64,000 bases of DNA. Source: Eledone cirrhosa. Lineage: Eukaryota. The notes under the pieces are model-generated. The model saw only the letters and a program-made list of their open reading frames with translations. It was not told where the DNA came from and did no database searches. Of the stretch, positions 49,576 through 63,377 are shown in pieces (position 1 is the first letter of the stretch; each line of letters starts with the position of its first letter). The DNA lies in NCBI GenBank assembly GCA_964016885.1, contig OZ024742.1, forward strand, positions 120,156,001 to 120,220,000, read 5' to 3'. A program made the position numbers and the translations under genes.

Positions 49576-52500
49576 TCACAACACTTTTGGTTAATTTATG
49601 AAGCTTTGGGGAAATTTGAAATTTTAAAATATATTTCCTTTTTCTTTTTGGAAGCTGTCACTATGAAAATAACTATAAACAATAGTTGAATAAGCCAAGT
49701 CAGGTAAAGTACCCCTAAAGATGAAAAAAACTAGGCAGCAACACCAATGGGAATCAAGCCATATATTTGCCATATACCAGACAACTGTGATTAACCATTA
49801 CACCATAGCACACCATGCCACCAATTGCTGTCTTTTAGAAGCTTTAATTGTTAAGCTAGAAGTGTAAACAATATTTGATTAATTTACTAAGCATGAGGGA
49901 AATTTAAAATATGAAAATATGCTTGCTTTTCCTTTTGAGAAGCCATTACAATGCAGACAACTATAAATAATAGTTGAATAAGACTGTTTTATTGCAAAAC
50001 CCGTGTAGAGGTAGATAACTGTAGACACTAAATTTCACAGGGAGATATTGTACTATAGAAGCCTCCACTCTTCAACAAAGGCTCTACATGTGTGGAAAAT
50101 TTCTACCTGTGTGGTTTTGGAGTCGTTCAATGGAGCAGACTTTTCTGACTTACTAGAATTGTATATACTAGATGCCCTACGCATTGAAGGGAAAATACCT
50201 CAGTATTTGCTGTTTGACTGCCTTCTGAGTTTGAATCCCTCCCGTCATGATCAAATTTGCTTTTCCTCTTTTTCAGGTTGATAAATAAAGTACCAGTTCA
50301 GTACTGGGATTGATTGTTCCTCTATCTTTCTTAACCCCTTTCTCCCTCCCCTTCTTTCTTTCTTTGGAAGAAATCAGCTATGTTCTGGCCTGAAGAGGGA
50401 CAGGCTCTACCAAGTTCAAAATGCCCCTACAACTCCACCAGGTATTAAGGGCTCTTTACTTAGATGTCCTTGGTAGTTTGGTATATACAGAGGTAATCAT
50501 TAGTCATTTAAAGAGGCGCCAATGACCATTCCCTAGACTGACTAAAGAAGTACATCATCCAGGCTTTCAAATTATTTGGCCTAAATATTATTACTCTAAA
50601 ATTAATTTAACCATAGTAAATCGCCTGGCTGTCAACTTAGATTTATATTATAAGCCACCTCTATTGACATGGCAAGGTTAATCTACACATACACACTGTT
50701 GCAAAGGTGTCTGTCTAGTCTAATTTGAATATATTTAGGAATGGTCAGTATTTTGTTAGTTCCATAAAAGTGCTTTTAATTCTGTTTATGTTGTATTGTA
50801 GAATTTTTAGATCTTTTTGTGTCATGTTTACAAAGTTTATTCTTGTGTGTGAAATCTTTATTTCTAAAAGTATTCTGTACAGACATATGACACTGGGAAA
50901 GGAGATAACAATGGCTGGGAAAGTAAGGGAATTCAAATTCAATCAAACTGTCATTTGAAGATGACCTTTAAATATCAGTAGCTCATACATCATTAAACTG
51001 TACTTTTAATTAGTGAACAAAAGACAACAACAAATTAATAACTTGAACAGTATACTATTCAGCTTGGCAATATGATTTGGACTATGAGGACAGAACTCAA
51101 TGAAACTTAATATCAAAATTACTTCTCCTGCAATGTAACCCAACAATTTGAATAACAGTAGTTGAAATAAAAAGAAAATGAAGGAAATAGTTAATATTAG
51201 AAAATGTAATATACACATCAATAAAATTATATTTGCTTTAAAAAGTAAAGACAGATGGAGAAGTCAGAGAAACTATAAAAAATAATAATAATAAATAAAT
51301 AAAAGATAGAAGAGTCCAACATAAATGATCCCAGCAGTCAATAAGATTAAATGTCAACACAGGGCCTAACATTGAGACTAAAACAGGGCAGATTCTGATT
51401 TGTCTATATTTACTGATCTGAACTCTTTCCTGTTATATTAAACATAGGTTGTTTTCTGTGGCTTTCGTTATATTTAAATAGATAACGTCAGAAAACATGT
51501 CTACAAGAATTTCATGTTTATACAGTCTCTCAACAGCCAAATACACTGACTACAAGGGTAAATAGAAAGACAAAAAGGAAAATTAATTGATTGAATAAAC
51601 CTAGCAAAATAAAAAGAAACCCCAGTGGAAAATTAGAAAAAGACTGTAAAATTATTTAAAAAATTTGGTAAAGTACTTGGAGAAAAAAAGAAAAACTGTC
51701 ATTTTCAATCTGAGAGCTGAAGAACAACATTTAACATATGTAAACATGCAATTAATTGCACTAAGTAAGACGATTCAAAGAATTTCCCAGCAGACATAAA
51801 TATAAGCTTTGTAAATAAATACCAAATATTCAATAAACCTATGGAAATTTAATAAAATGCCTAATCCTACCAGCAGCTCTTTTAATTTGAGAGTACTTCC
51901 TCTCATAAATTTAGCATTTTTTGCATGTCTGTTTCATATGTTTACAGTCCTTCAGCTAACTGCAAACCATTGCACCACTCACAGAATAATTATGATTCTT
52001 TGCTCTACAATGCAATGCCAATTCCCAGTTGTTTTTCAAAAGTTACCAAATTTTAACTATTTCTTCTAGCAAGAAACCATTCAGACTGTGGCCTGAATCT
52101 TGTAGGATTTTTTTTCCCCTATTAGGGCACTAAAGTGGCAGAATGGTATAACACCATCCTAAAATACCTGTGTATTTAGTTATATCCTTTTATATTTTGA
52201 GATCAAATTTGACTGAGACTGACAATGGTCTTTTATCTCTCTGGTATTGGGGAGTTTATAAAATATAACAGCTGATTCATACAAATTTTGAGACATGTGC
52301 AAAAATTAATAAACAATCATTTTCAATGTGTGTAATGAAAGTATTACCCAGAGAAGAAAAAAAGTAAATTTTATGAAGAAATATTCATAGTATATATTTT
52401 CTATTAGTTTTATTTTTCATTAACTTGGTTGATATGCTGCAGTACTTCCTCCCTTCTGACTCAATTTCAGTCAGGTGTGTTCACTGTAAATAAAAATAAA

Positions 52501-53055
52501 AATATCCTATTTCTTATTAGAAATATAGAATTAGATTTCAATTCCATTGTATTCAATAAATGTGCCTTAGCAGTTGTATCCAGGTGATAAGAAACAACTG
52601 CATTGCACACATAAATAATGTTTTGGCTGTTTTTTAATTATTTTCTTTAGCCATTAACTTCCTTATAGTTAAGAAATGATATATATATATACACACACAC
52701 ACACACATCACATTTATTGGAACTTTTCAAGTTAGTGTTGCATAAAGTAATTCATTAGAAGTAATTTTGCCCCTGGTTTGTCTGAGAAGAGTTTATTTCC
52801 GAAGCTTTAAAAGAAAGAAAACTCCCTCCAAGCAAAAAACAACCAGATTATAAAAGCTATTCAAGTACAATAAGCTAAAAATAAAAGAAGGAATAAAACA
52901 AAAGGAGATAGCATCTAGCAGGGTAATGTGAATAAAATGTTACAAAGAAATATACACTAGTTATTTATATTAGATTTCAGAACAAGTTATAATTCAAATC
53001 AATGAAGTGTATGAAAGAAATTTTCAGAGTTCCACAAATGTTTAAATAAACTTAC

Positions 53056-53115
53056 TGTTAACATAGGGTTTTTTATCAAAGGAAATGGGTATTGAAAAGT
53101 GTCCAGAAATGGAGA
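53056..53115 (-). other. Candidate 60-nt exon
   Basis: Acceptor TCTCTTTATAG, donor CA|GTAAGT; phase-0 reading SPFLDTFQYPFPLIKNPMLT; no recognisable homology. Confidence 0.3.
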
Positions 53116-53366
53116 CTATAAAGAGATTTGTTACAAATATAAAGAAATGGTTATGTTTTGATACATCAGCTGTTTAATCAATGGTTGAAGGAATGAATAT
53201 ATGCCAATGTCTACTAAGTAACATACACATTCTCAAGATTCCCAATTACACACAAGGAAATTATTTGATGCCATCTAAGATATGGCAGCTGTGAGTTCAA
53301 TCTTGCAATAGTGAAATGACTTTCTATTTTTGAAAGTTCTACAATAATTCATCCATAATTGGAATA

Positions 53367-53470
53367 TATAGGGTGTCTCAAAAAATGTATACATAATTTG
53401 ATTACCTGTACAGGCAATATTTATTAAAATGCACAGCCTTTATGTATACATTTTTTACGGACACCCTGTA
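53367..53470. mobile_element. Tc1/mariner MITE
   Basis: TATAGGGTGTCTCAAAAAATGTATACATA ... TATGTATACATTTTTTACGGACACCCTGTA inverted termini with TA flanks. Confidence 0.85.
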
Positions 53471-53547
53471 TATATAATTATATACATATATACAGATACA
53501 TATACATACACACACAAATTATATATCTTTATTTTATGTAGAAATGA

Positions 53548-53594
53548 ATTCTACAGAACTAGTACTGTTTCATTCATATAAGATCACCAGGAAT
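53548..53594 (-). ncRNA. Degenerate hammerhead-like motif, same family as 16640
   Basis: Minus strand ATTC-CTGGTGA-TCTTATATGAAT-GAAA-CAG(TACTAGTT)CTG-TA-GAAT; core A6 changed to G. Confidence 0.5.
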
Positions 53595-53687
53595 ATATAT
53601 ATATATATGTAAAGCACCTAGCCTGCATCTGGAAGATACAGAATTCAATTCTGATTAATGTTGATGATGATATATATATATAATAAT

Positions 53688-53871
53688 TGTTTCTACTTTT
53701 GGCACAAGGCCAGCAATAACCCAGTGCATTACTGGTACTTTATTTTATCGACCCCGTAAGGATGAAAGGCAAAGCTAACCTCAGCAGAATTTTAACTCAG
53801 CATGTAAAGCGCCATAACTCTATGCAGCTAAGCATGTTGTCCGACGCTCTACTGATTCTGCCAATCCACCA
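53688..53871 (-). mobile_element. tRNA-derived SINE, same family as 31287
   Basis: TGTTTCTACTTTTGGCACAAGGCCAGC..CTGCCAATCCACC. Confidence 0.9.
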
Positions 53872-54070
53872 ACCTTGATGAAAAGGAAGCTTAAAGGCCG
53901 CTGTTTTAACACCATTACTGAGATCCAACATGAATCACAGAAGGTTTTTGACAAGCTTACAAAATTGACTTTGAGGCCGCACTTCAGGAGTGGCAGGACC
54001 GCTGGGATTGGTGCATTGCGGCACAAGGAGACTATTTCAAAGGAGATGGTGTTAAACTTATGTAAATAAA
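53872..54070 (+). mobile_element. Mariner transposase C-terminal remnant
   Basis: MKRKLKGRCFNT..EIQ, and in a shifted frame EWQDRWDWCIAAQGDYFKG, matching the mariner C-terminal W..RW..CI...GDYFE motif. Confidence 0.85.
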
Positions 54071-55512
54071 GTCCTTTTTTAAATAAAAAGCTAGGCCAAA
54101 AATATGCAAAAAATTGTAATGTAGGACAATATAAAAAGAAAGTGAAACAGACTGAAACTAGTACACCCATCATTCATTGTTGTCTATGAGGGTTTCAGCA
54201 GTTTCAGCATTTATTAAGACAAGACTGCTCAGCTTATGGTGTCAATGGCCTTGAATATATCTAGCAGAGTGAGATATGACAAACAAGCAGAAGACGTGGG
54301 ATGAAGAAGTATATAGAAAAGTGTTCTTTTAAATTGAGAAGACAGATAAAGAAATGTTAAACATTAAAATTTTTCGGCTGAGATTAACTAAAACATAAAA
54401 CAGATATTCATCTTTTGATCTTTCCACTTTTGCCAATGACAGAAGTAAGATGTCCTTCCTATTCTTTCCTGGAACTAATCTACACTTCTTATACACATTA
54501 TGGATATCCTTGCCATCCTCCTCACTTGAAAGACTTCAACATTTAACAATTTGGGAGAAAGTATATAGCTTAGTAGTTGGGTGCTGAGTATACAATTGTA
54601 AGGTCATGTGTTTGATTTCTAGACTGAACAGCAGCTTGAGTCTTTAAGTAATACATTGTATTTCATGGCATGTGGCCTAGTGGTTAAGGTGATCAGTACA
54701 CTATTGTAAGGTCATGCATTTGATTTCTAGACTGATTAGTACATTGTCTTTCAGTCAGACATTCTATATCATGTTGCTTCAGTCCACTCAACTAGAAAAA
54801 ATGAATTGTAATTAGACTGATGCTAAAGTGCATCAGCCTTTGCCTTTCTCTTAGGCAACGTTGGTGTCATGGAGAGGGGTGGAGTGTATACATCATTAGT
54901 GCTGGGCTTCTACAAAATATCCTGTCTGGACTTGTGCCTCAAAGAGGCAAACTCATGAACAGAAGGGGGCCCTTTCCTTTTTAATATTTGCCTACATTGT
55001 TCTACAATGTAATTTTTTTTGCATATATATTCATGTTTATATGTATATTTATTGATTGATCGAATTAATTGACAAGATCCCACATCTCATGTACTGAGTG
55101 GGGTAAAACTCGTCAAATCAGACCAAGGAAAAATGAATCCATTGGTCTTTCCATTGTTGATGCTATCTACCAGACACAACTCCTGGTGCATATATATATA
55201 TATATTCATATCTTTATATTCAAACATATATGTAAATACACACACACACATATATGGAAAAATGAGAGGCAGCCTCAGCAACAGATTTCCATGGGTTATC
55301 ACAATAGCTATAAACAGAACACTAATCAAATAATTTAGCTACTTTTGTAATTCATATAGAGATGAGTGGCACTAGTCAATCTAATAATGTCCTAACACTA
55401 ACAAATCAATGATAAAGTAAGAATGGAACTAGTCTGTTAACCAGAGAGATTGGAGCAACTAGTCATACTTCTTAAGTAGATAGTAATTCAACACAACTGC
55501 TCTAGTAGTAGT

Positions 55513-55684
55513 TACCATATTTCCCAACTCCGAAGACGCTTTGTCCTCGAGAACGCACCCTAATTTCGACAACCAAAAATTTGAAAAAAAATAATAAACA
55601 ACCTTCAGTCTCCAGAACGCATGGTAGATTTTTGAGACTTATTTCAGGGAAAAGGTAACGTCTTTGACGCCAGGAAACATGGTA
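55513..55684. mobile_element. Tigger-like MITE
   Basis: TACCATATTTCCC..AAGACG ... CGTCTT..GGAAACATGGTA imperfect inverted termini. Confidence 0.6.
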
Positions 55685-56364
55685 TATTTAAACTCATGTA
55701 GTTCGGCTTTGGCAAGTATCTTTACCATAGCTTTTGGTCAACCCAATTATATCAGTAGTTCAATTTCATGGCCATTGAGCTTCTTTACATCTTGTCATAT
55801 ATCTACAAAGACTTTTTGATGACATATAACCAGCTCTCTTGATACTAATAATAATAATATAGCATCAAAGGAAATGTTAGCAGTTGTCATAAAATTAGAA
55901 AATATTCAGAATGCAAATCAGCATAGTTGGCATAGAACTTAAGAAAACATTCTCACAAATATGTTGAAAGAATGTCAAGCTATCATATATATCACATGGA
56001 ACATTCAAGATAAAATATTTATCAGTGTGGATTTGAAAAATATGAGTGAAAACACATTTTCCAGTGCTTTCAAGAAAGAATTTCTCAATACTTTAGAATG
56101 CAAATTTTTTTAAAGAACTAAATCCCATTTCCACAAATCCCAGTTACTGATATCATGAAACTTGATATTATGTTAGTACTATATAAATATAGCATCAAGA
56201 AAACCCCACAAAACCATATCAGTAGACTGTTATTTATGTAATATATCCTTAAAAAAATTTAACAAAAAGTTTAAAAGTAAGTTGATGACAAATGACAGAT
56301 TTGCCAAAAGAGGAAAGTTTTCAATGTTAAGATAATTTGGTTCATATAAACTTTAAAACTGTGT

Positions 56365-56710
56365 GAGGGCAAGCATGGGTGATTGGTTAAGAAGTCTGCT
56401 TCACAATCATGAGGTCATGGGTTCAATCCCACTGTGTGGCAGCTTTGGCAAGTGTCTTTAACAAAGCCTCAAGTCCAGCCAAGCTTTGTGAGTAAAATTA
56501 GACAGATGAAAATTGTGTTGAAGCTTGTCGAAAGGATTGGCTTTACCTCAAAGGTTCAGCCTTGTCACTTATTGTATCATGTTAATTCTGCATAAGAATT
56601 ATGTTAAGGGTACACTTGGTTATGAAATAATCAACTGCTTAAACATTAATTCACAAGCCAAACAGTTGATTAAATGACTGAATGCTCATTGTAGAAATCA
56701 ACAGAAAGTT
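56365..56710 (+). mobile_element. tRNA-derived SINE(s)
   Basis: A-box region ATGGGTGATTGGTTAAG, B-box GGTTCAATCCC, core TTGGCAAGTGTCTT; the 3' part resembles 10930-11080. Confidence 0.7.
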
Positions 56711-59700
56711 CATCATCTTCACAACACCAACTGTACTGCTCCAAAAATTAGTTTGTTTTCATTGACACAGTAACAAAAAACAGTAAAGTTTTATCTAATG
56801 GTTTGTATAGCTGTCATTTTATGCTGATGTGAACCAAATAGTATTGAAGTAATCAAAACTGAAATGATTTCTATGATTTGTTGGAGGTGAGAACTATTTC
56901 CAATATTTCCACTATTCATTGAACATGTTTTCATCTTACTACATTCAAATTACTGGTATTTATCCAATTAAGTAAAACTAAAAAATCCCTGACATAACAT
57001 CTTGATTTTGAAATAGATTTCTAAATATTTTGACAAAGTTTCAGCTTTTCTACAGGAAATTATGATATAACCATTGTGTGAACTAGAGATCATGTGTAAT
57101 TGTTGTTCATATAAAACAGTGTGGATTACATGGTGTACAAGACCATTTATTATTACATTCTTACAAGACCATTTATTACCTTTGGGAGTGACAAGAATAT
57201 TACAATTTTCCATTTGCTTTCTACGATAAATCTAAAGCTTTTAATAAGTAAAATATTCCAATTCCTGAAATATTCACCTAGCCTTTTCCTCCAAAGTAAT
57301 TTAAGTTTTATGAACACACACACACACACACACACATCACTCTCTCAAAATAGATGTGAAGAAACAAAAACTGAAATATGATGGAATGCTTAGAGCAAAA
57401 GATATATTTAATATTTTGAGCAGTAACTTCCATATACCTTCTTAAAAATATATATATAAAAAAAAGGAGAAAGATAAAGAAAGTCCTGGCTGCTTGCTAC
57501 GTTAGATATTTCTACCTGTGATACATCTGCATACCAGATATTTGACTTTTTATTGAATTGACTCTTGCTCCAATGTCCTTGAATTTCATTGATTATAATT
57601 TAAGTAAGGAATGGAAAGGTAAACTTCATTATATCATCATCGACACTCAAAACATTCAGCCATGTAGCCAACTCCTCTAGAATGTAGGCTTCGATTAAAT
57701 GAAAAACTTACACCTTTGACAGTAGTCATTATTGGCTTAGTCACAATGTGTAATATTTATCGAAATGCTATATGCTTCGAATGTCTCCAACATTTAATGA
57801 CATATGTAAAATGAATAAAAACGTGTAACAGGTCATCTCTCAATTTAGAAGTACTTTCCAGGTATATAAGTTTTGTCATATTAATTCAAACTAGGTTAAT
57901 GGAAGCATTACGTGTTTCTATATTCGGATATTATTTTTTCTCTTTTTACAACAGCTATTTCTTGTGTTGTGCCTATGAGAAAGCACATATTCTGAATGCC
58001 TCAATTCACTTAGCTGACACACGGATGCCTATTTCAATCCACAATTCAGTGATTTACAGCAAGAAAAGTATTGGAATGTAAAATAAACTGTTTCAATAAT
58101 GTGTAGATGTCCAAACTTTCACAAAACTATCCTAACAATGCTAACACAGAGAAATGGATGTAAAATAACAATAAATGAATGTTGAAAAATATTTAGAGTA
58201 ACTAATTTATATAGAATTTATATTTCTAGTTAAACTTTTGAAGACAGCAAAATATTCAATGATTGGGGTTTAGCTCCAGAAACCTAGGTATGACTATGGT
58301 TTAAGACATAGATTTTTAATGTATGACATAATCAGGTAACTGATCACAAATGAAGATGTTTAATTATCATAAACAGGAAATATATATTTTGTATCAAACA
58401 TAAAACTGAATGGTTTGTAAGCAATACAGCAGAATCTTGGGTAGGCTAACAGAGTTTTTAGAGTGTGCCACATGTAACATCTAGTGTCAATATTCCACAT
58501 GTAACATTCAGTAGTGGAAAACATTTAGTAGCTGAAAACAAAAGTGAATAGACTACTTTGAAAAATTCCCAATGGACAATAGATAACATTTGTTATTTAG
58601 ACATCATCATTAGTTTAGAACTACAGAGCAGAAATAATATAATATTAAGTGAAACAAAGTTAGAGAAGTATCATCTCAGGGAAACAATAAAGAAGTTCTG
58701 TGCAATGTGATGTCTATGTTATAATTATGTTGTATGACATTAGAACAATAGTATAATAACACCTATTGTAACAGAAATGAACTGTTTATGGATATTCAAT
58801 ACGTTGTTGAAGTAGTGCAAGTGAACTATAAATGGCTGATATTCTGAGGTGTTAGCCAGGTTCTACCAGAAAAAATAATCATGTATAATGAATTTTTAGA
58901 AACAAAGGGTGGTACATCGAAGTGAAATTGGAATACAGAATGCATTAAACATGGTAGTTAAGTAAAATAAAACATTTTTTAAAATTGGGATTTTTGACAA
59001 GATACCCTCGAGTTACATAGAAATACACGACTGTGAAAATTGCCCAGCTCATGCTAAGTATGGAAGTAACTGATATTAAGATAGTAATTTTAAAAAAAAA
59101 TTATCAAGGAAAATATTGTGAAGCAAAAGATAATTCTATCAAACAAGTGATATTTTAATCTAAGACCAAAGACAAAACATTAAAAGGAAGAAAACTCCCT
59201 AAAAAACTGTGCATCCAGTTTAGGATACATACACTGTATCTCTGCATGACCCAAAAAGTGACAACCCTTTAGCATTCACATTACTCTATATTTACTATTA
59301 TATTTTCATGGTAAAGGCTTTACCTCACATAATATCGAATCTATGAGATTTTGATATTATTTATTTTGAGAATAATACCTTAACATCAGTATGAGCAGCT
59401 GGTCACAACTGGTTTGAACAGAAAGAGGTGAGAGAATTCTGGTTGGACACAGCTGGTTTAAATGCTAAAAGGTTAAAGACAACAAGTTGTAAAACACAAT
59501 CTTATCCAAGCCATGCTAGTGTGGAATCATCAATTTGATGACAATGATAATGATCACTACTTGTATTGTCTATAAAACAGATTCTTAATTCTATTATTAA
59601 ATGTATGGATAGAAATCTGGTTTGAATAAGCGTCAGGTGTAGTCAATATATGCATATAATATTTTATGGAAGTGGTTAAAGTATTAATGACACATAAGTC

Positions 59701-60419
59701 ACAAGTAAAACATCTGTGATAAACTATGGGATTATATTGTGCTCTCAGACAAGATAATACTTTTCCTGTCTGAATCAATCTCACAGTAAATAACTACCAC
59801 TATACTTTACATTTTAGAGACAGCAATAACAAAAGATAATCAGCTATCAAAGTTGATGACCTTATAAAGTTGCCTGAAAATATCGAAAATACTAAAAGAA
59901 AAACAAGTGATATTAGCAGTTGGGTTTCTGAGATAAGATAAAAAAGAAAAGGTAAAGTTAATTATTAGAAAAGGAATTTTTAATTAGCCTTTGTAATGAT
60001 AAAAAAAAGAAGGTAGTAGTAATAAGGTTTTTTTTTCCTATTCTTTTCTTTTCTTTTTATTAAAATAGAGGTAAAAAAAGATGTAATCTAAATGGTGGCT
60101 GGGAGTTAAGGGAACTTCATAAATGGGGTGGATGTGTTATCAAGGAAAGAAATTATTATATCATTTTCAGGATTATATCAGCCACCTTTCGTTATCACCT
60201 GGCACATATCTCTCTCATTTGACTGTCCCCATAGCTGTTTGCATTTCACAGTGGTCATACTCCGAACAGTAGCAAGACAAGGAGAGAAATTTCAAAACTT
60301 TTTGTTTTCGCTTCATTTTTTTCATTATTGGATTGGTCTGGAGGACGGTTTTGTGTTCCTGGTTTTCACAGGCCTTCCAAAACCAGATAATTTCTTCTTG
60401 AACAATTGCAATTGATGAC

Positions 60420-60800
60420 TGCAGCAAACACATGTGCAGGGAGAAAATTCCAGAGTGCTGATGCTAAGGGGTGAAAGACTGGGTATAGTTATTAGTGTAG
60501 AGGCAGACATTATGTGGGTGTTAGTAAGAAGAGAGAGAGAAGTGATTTAAGAGTGTCTCAGTGAAGGATACATGAAAATGGCCAACTTTGAGAGTAGAGA
60601 CTTCTATAGTAGCAGTAAAAAAGGAGAAAAACATGATGTCTATGGGTCTATGGGGTAGAGGCTGGAGTGAGCCTGTGAGCAACTTCACACCAATCAGTTG
60701 AATGTCCTTTCTTTGAATATGGTCTAATATATCTGCATGTGTAGCAGTACTATCCCAGATGTAACAGCAGTATACATTGTACATTTCACTTTAGATTTGT
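60420..60800 (-). mobile_element. Degenerate CR1/L2/Jockey-group LINE 3' fragment
   Basis: YCCYIWD..ILDHIQRK.IQLIG..LT.SLQPLPHR. Confidence 0.65.
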
Positions 60801-60819
60801 AAAGAATTAGTAATTGTTG

Positions 60820-62020
60820 ACAACTGAAGTATTTTCTGGTTCTGAAGGGAAAGACCAGTCTTTGAAATACAAGCTTTACTATAATGAGGGTGTATGTGTT
60901 CCAGGACAGATCCTAGTATTTGTAGCAACCTTAAAGATGATGATCAACGAGAGTTGTATGAGGACATCATTAAGTCACCCATCAGGAAGAAACAAGTATG
61001 ATGTGCTATTGATGTATTGAGTGGTGCTGAGTGCTGCCCAGACTACCAAACTTTATCACTATGGTCAACATCTCAAAGAAACACAGAATATGTTTACAAG
61101 TCTAAATTGTTCGAAAACGAATTACAATCATAATACTAAGAGTGACCACCATGAATCTGCTATTGACTGGCATTATACAACAATGCCTGAAATCTACAGC
61201 TTTGGACAATCAAAACATAGAAATGGCTGAATGAGGTTCAAAAACCTCATCTACAGCTAGAGATATCTCTTCTCAGAGCAGATGGGGGAAACATTGATCA
61301 CAAATGAGATTTTTAAACAGTGGGCTGGAAATTTCAATGTTACCTTAAACTATCTCTCATCCATTAATGATGAAGCCAAGTTTTCAGTAACAAACACTGG
61401 ATGTCTCTCTAACAATGATTGAGACCTGAAAAGCAATCTGTCTCATCTTCAGTGGGAAATTTAAACATCAGTCCTGATTGATAAGCACCATCAGCTATTT
61501 CTAATCCTGTGACAACAGATGGTCCATCAACATAATAACCATTGAAGTATCTCCTTGCTCTCATCGCTGGTAAGATATTTGCCAGAATCCTGTTAAACTA
61601 GCTCACACGTTTCTTTGATCAGGGACATATACCAGAGAAATAATATAGATTTTGGAGGAAGCAGAAACTGTAACAGTTTAATAGATGTGGTGCTTGATGA
61701 AAGTCAGATGCAAGAGAAACACCTAGAGCAGTACTATGACATATTTACTACACCTATACCAATCAAACCAAAGCATAAATACTAACAGCAGATGTGGTCT
61801 GTATTAGATTATGGCCATTCAACGTGCTTACATATGTTCATCTCCATAGTGCAGCAATTCTGTGAAAACTTACAGGCAGGATTCCAGAAAAACAGAAAGG
61901 CATCAGAAACACAATCTCAAATGGTTTTGGCAATGATATTATCTCAGTTTTATGTTTTCTGCAATGTATGTTGACTGATGTTTTTGGAGATGGTGATATT
62001 GGAATTGGCATCAGATATTA
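60820..62020 (+). mobile_element. Heavily deleted RTE/BovB-like LINE remnant
   Basis: Scattered pieces VVLSAAQT, SLLSSLVR/AGKIFARILLN and QMQEKHLEQ. Confidence 0.6.
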
Positions 62021-62960
62021 AATTGTCTAAAATTACCCTATCGGTAATCATTTTATTTCTCTGGAGGTCAACCTCACTTGGATTTAAATTCAAAACGTAA
62101 AAAGATGAAAGCATTTAGTGTTCTTCACCTTCTGCCAATCCCACCACCTGTCTTTTTCACAATAATATATATATATTTCTTCTACTGACATAAGATCATA
62201 AATTTGCAAAAGAAGTACAGTTGGTTGAATTAACATCTAAATCTCCTTAGAAATAACTTTATCAATCATGAAATGATGAAAGAAACAGTTAACCCCAGTA
62301 GGTTTTGAACTGTTAATGTAGAGAGATAAAACTACATACTTGTAAGATTCTCAATGCTATTTCTGCCAACTCAATCATTCATTTCTGCTCTATACCAATA
62401 ATATCAACCAACTAAATGTCATTTGCTTATGTTACATGAGTCCTTCAAGTAATAGTCAATACTGTCTGTATTTCACTTTAAATAAGTTTGTGGACAATCA
62501 ACTAATATATCAAAATGTTAAAAAGGTTGGATTAAAAATTAACTGTAATAACAACATATAGCTCAAGAAAATGATCATCAATCAAAACATTAATCTAACA
62601 GTGAGGTCAATCTTTATTAAGAAAAGTCAGAGTTCCTAGATAAATTGTGAACCCAAAGGTTAATATTAATAACATGTTCAATATAATCATTCATTCCTTG
62701 TCACTAATACACCCGGCCTGACAAAAAAAATGTACTCATCTACTGAAGATATTTTGATCGCTATTGCCTCATATCACCCTGAGCAATAATGTATTAAATA
62801 CCAAGAAATTATCATTTGAAGATGAGTTTAATAATAGAACACTCATTTTGAATAATCTTACTGACAGAAACTTAAGTCATTGTTCATAGAGATTAGTGAT
62901 GCCACATAACAGAGAAATAGAAAATATCGGTAACAGCTGACACTTTCACTTATAACTTAC

Positions 62961-63012
62961 TTTTTCTAATAAATCAAATATTTTTCTATCAACAGAAGTC
63001 CTGGCTTTCATA
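62961..63012 (-). other. Candidate 52-nt exon
   Basis: Acceptor CCTTTCTATTTTTAG, donor AA|GTAAGT; only one open frame, MKARTSVDRKIFDLLEK, ending in phase 0. Confidence 0.3.
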
Positions 63013-63192
63013 CTAAAAATAGAAAGGTGATATAGCATGGTCTCGTATCAGGAGAAGAAAAAAAACATTAATTTCTCTTAAACATGGAGAGAAAATACCA
63101 AAGATCATTGAATTTATATAAGAATTATAAAACTAAATTAATGTTTTATACTTGTATTTTTAGATGACTTGCTAGAGTAACATGCAATAACT

Positions 63193-63377
63193 AGACTATA
63201 AATTGGCTGTGATTATGTAGCTAAAACACTACATGGACTATAAATTGGCTGTGATTATGTAGCTAAAACTCTACATGGACTATAAATTGGTTGTGATTAT
63301 GTAACTAAAATGCTACATGGACTATATACTGGCTGTGATAATGTAGCTAAAAATACTAGATGGACTATATACTGGTT
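63193..63377. repeat. ~42-bp tandem repeat, ~4.3 copies
   Basis: GACTATAAATTGGCTGTGATTATGTAGCTAAAACACTACATG units. Confidence 0.9.

Noticed and set aside
50385-50440. CTGAAGA-GGG..CCC possible hammerhead
   Set aside because: No GAAA after the putative stem II (it reads CTACAAC); at best a decayed remnant.
51982-52065. Minus-strand exon-like segment with GTGAGT donor
   Set aside because: Stops in all frames and a weak acceptor; cannot be told from chance.
54140-54225. Imperfect inverted repeat with TGCTGAAAC resembling a PLE end
   Set aside because: No recognisable CUGANGA-type core or consistent stems.
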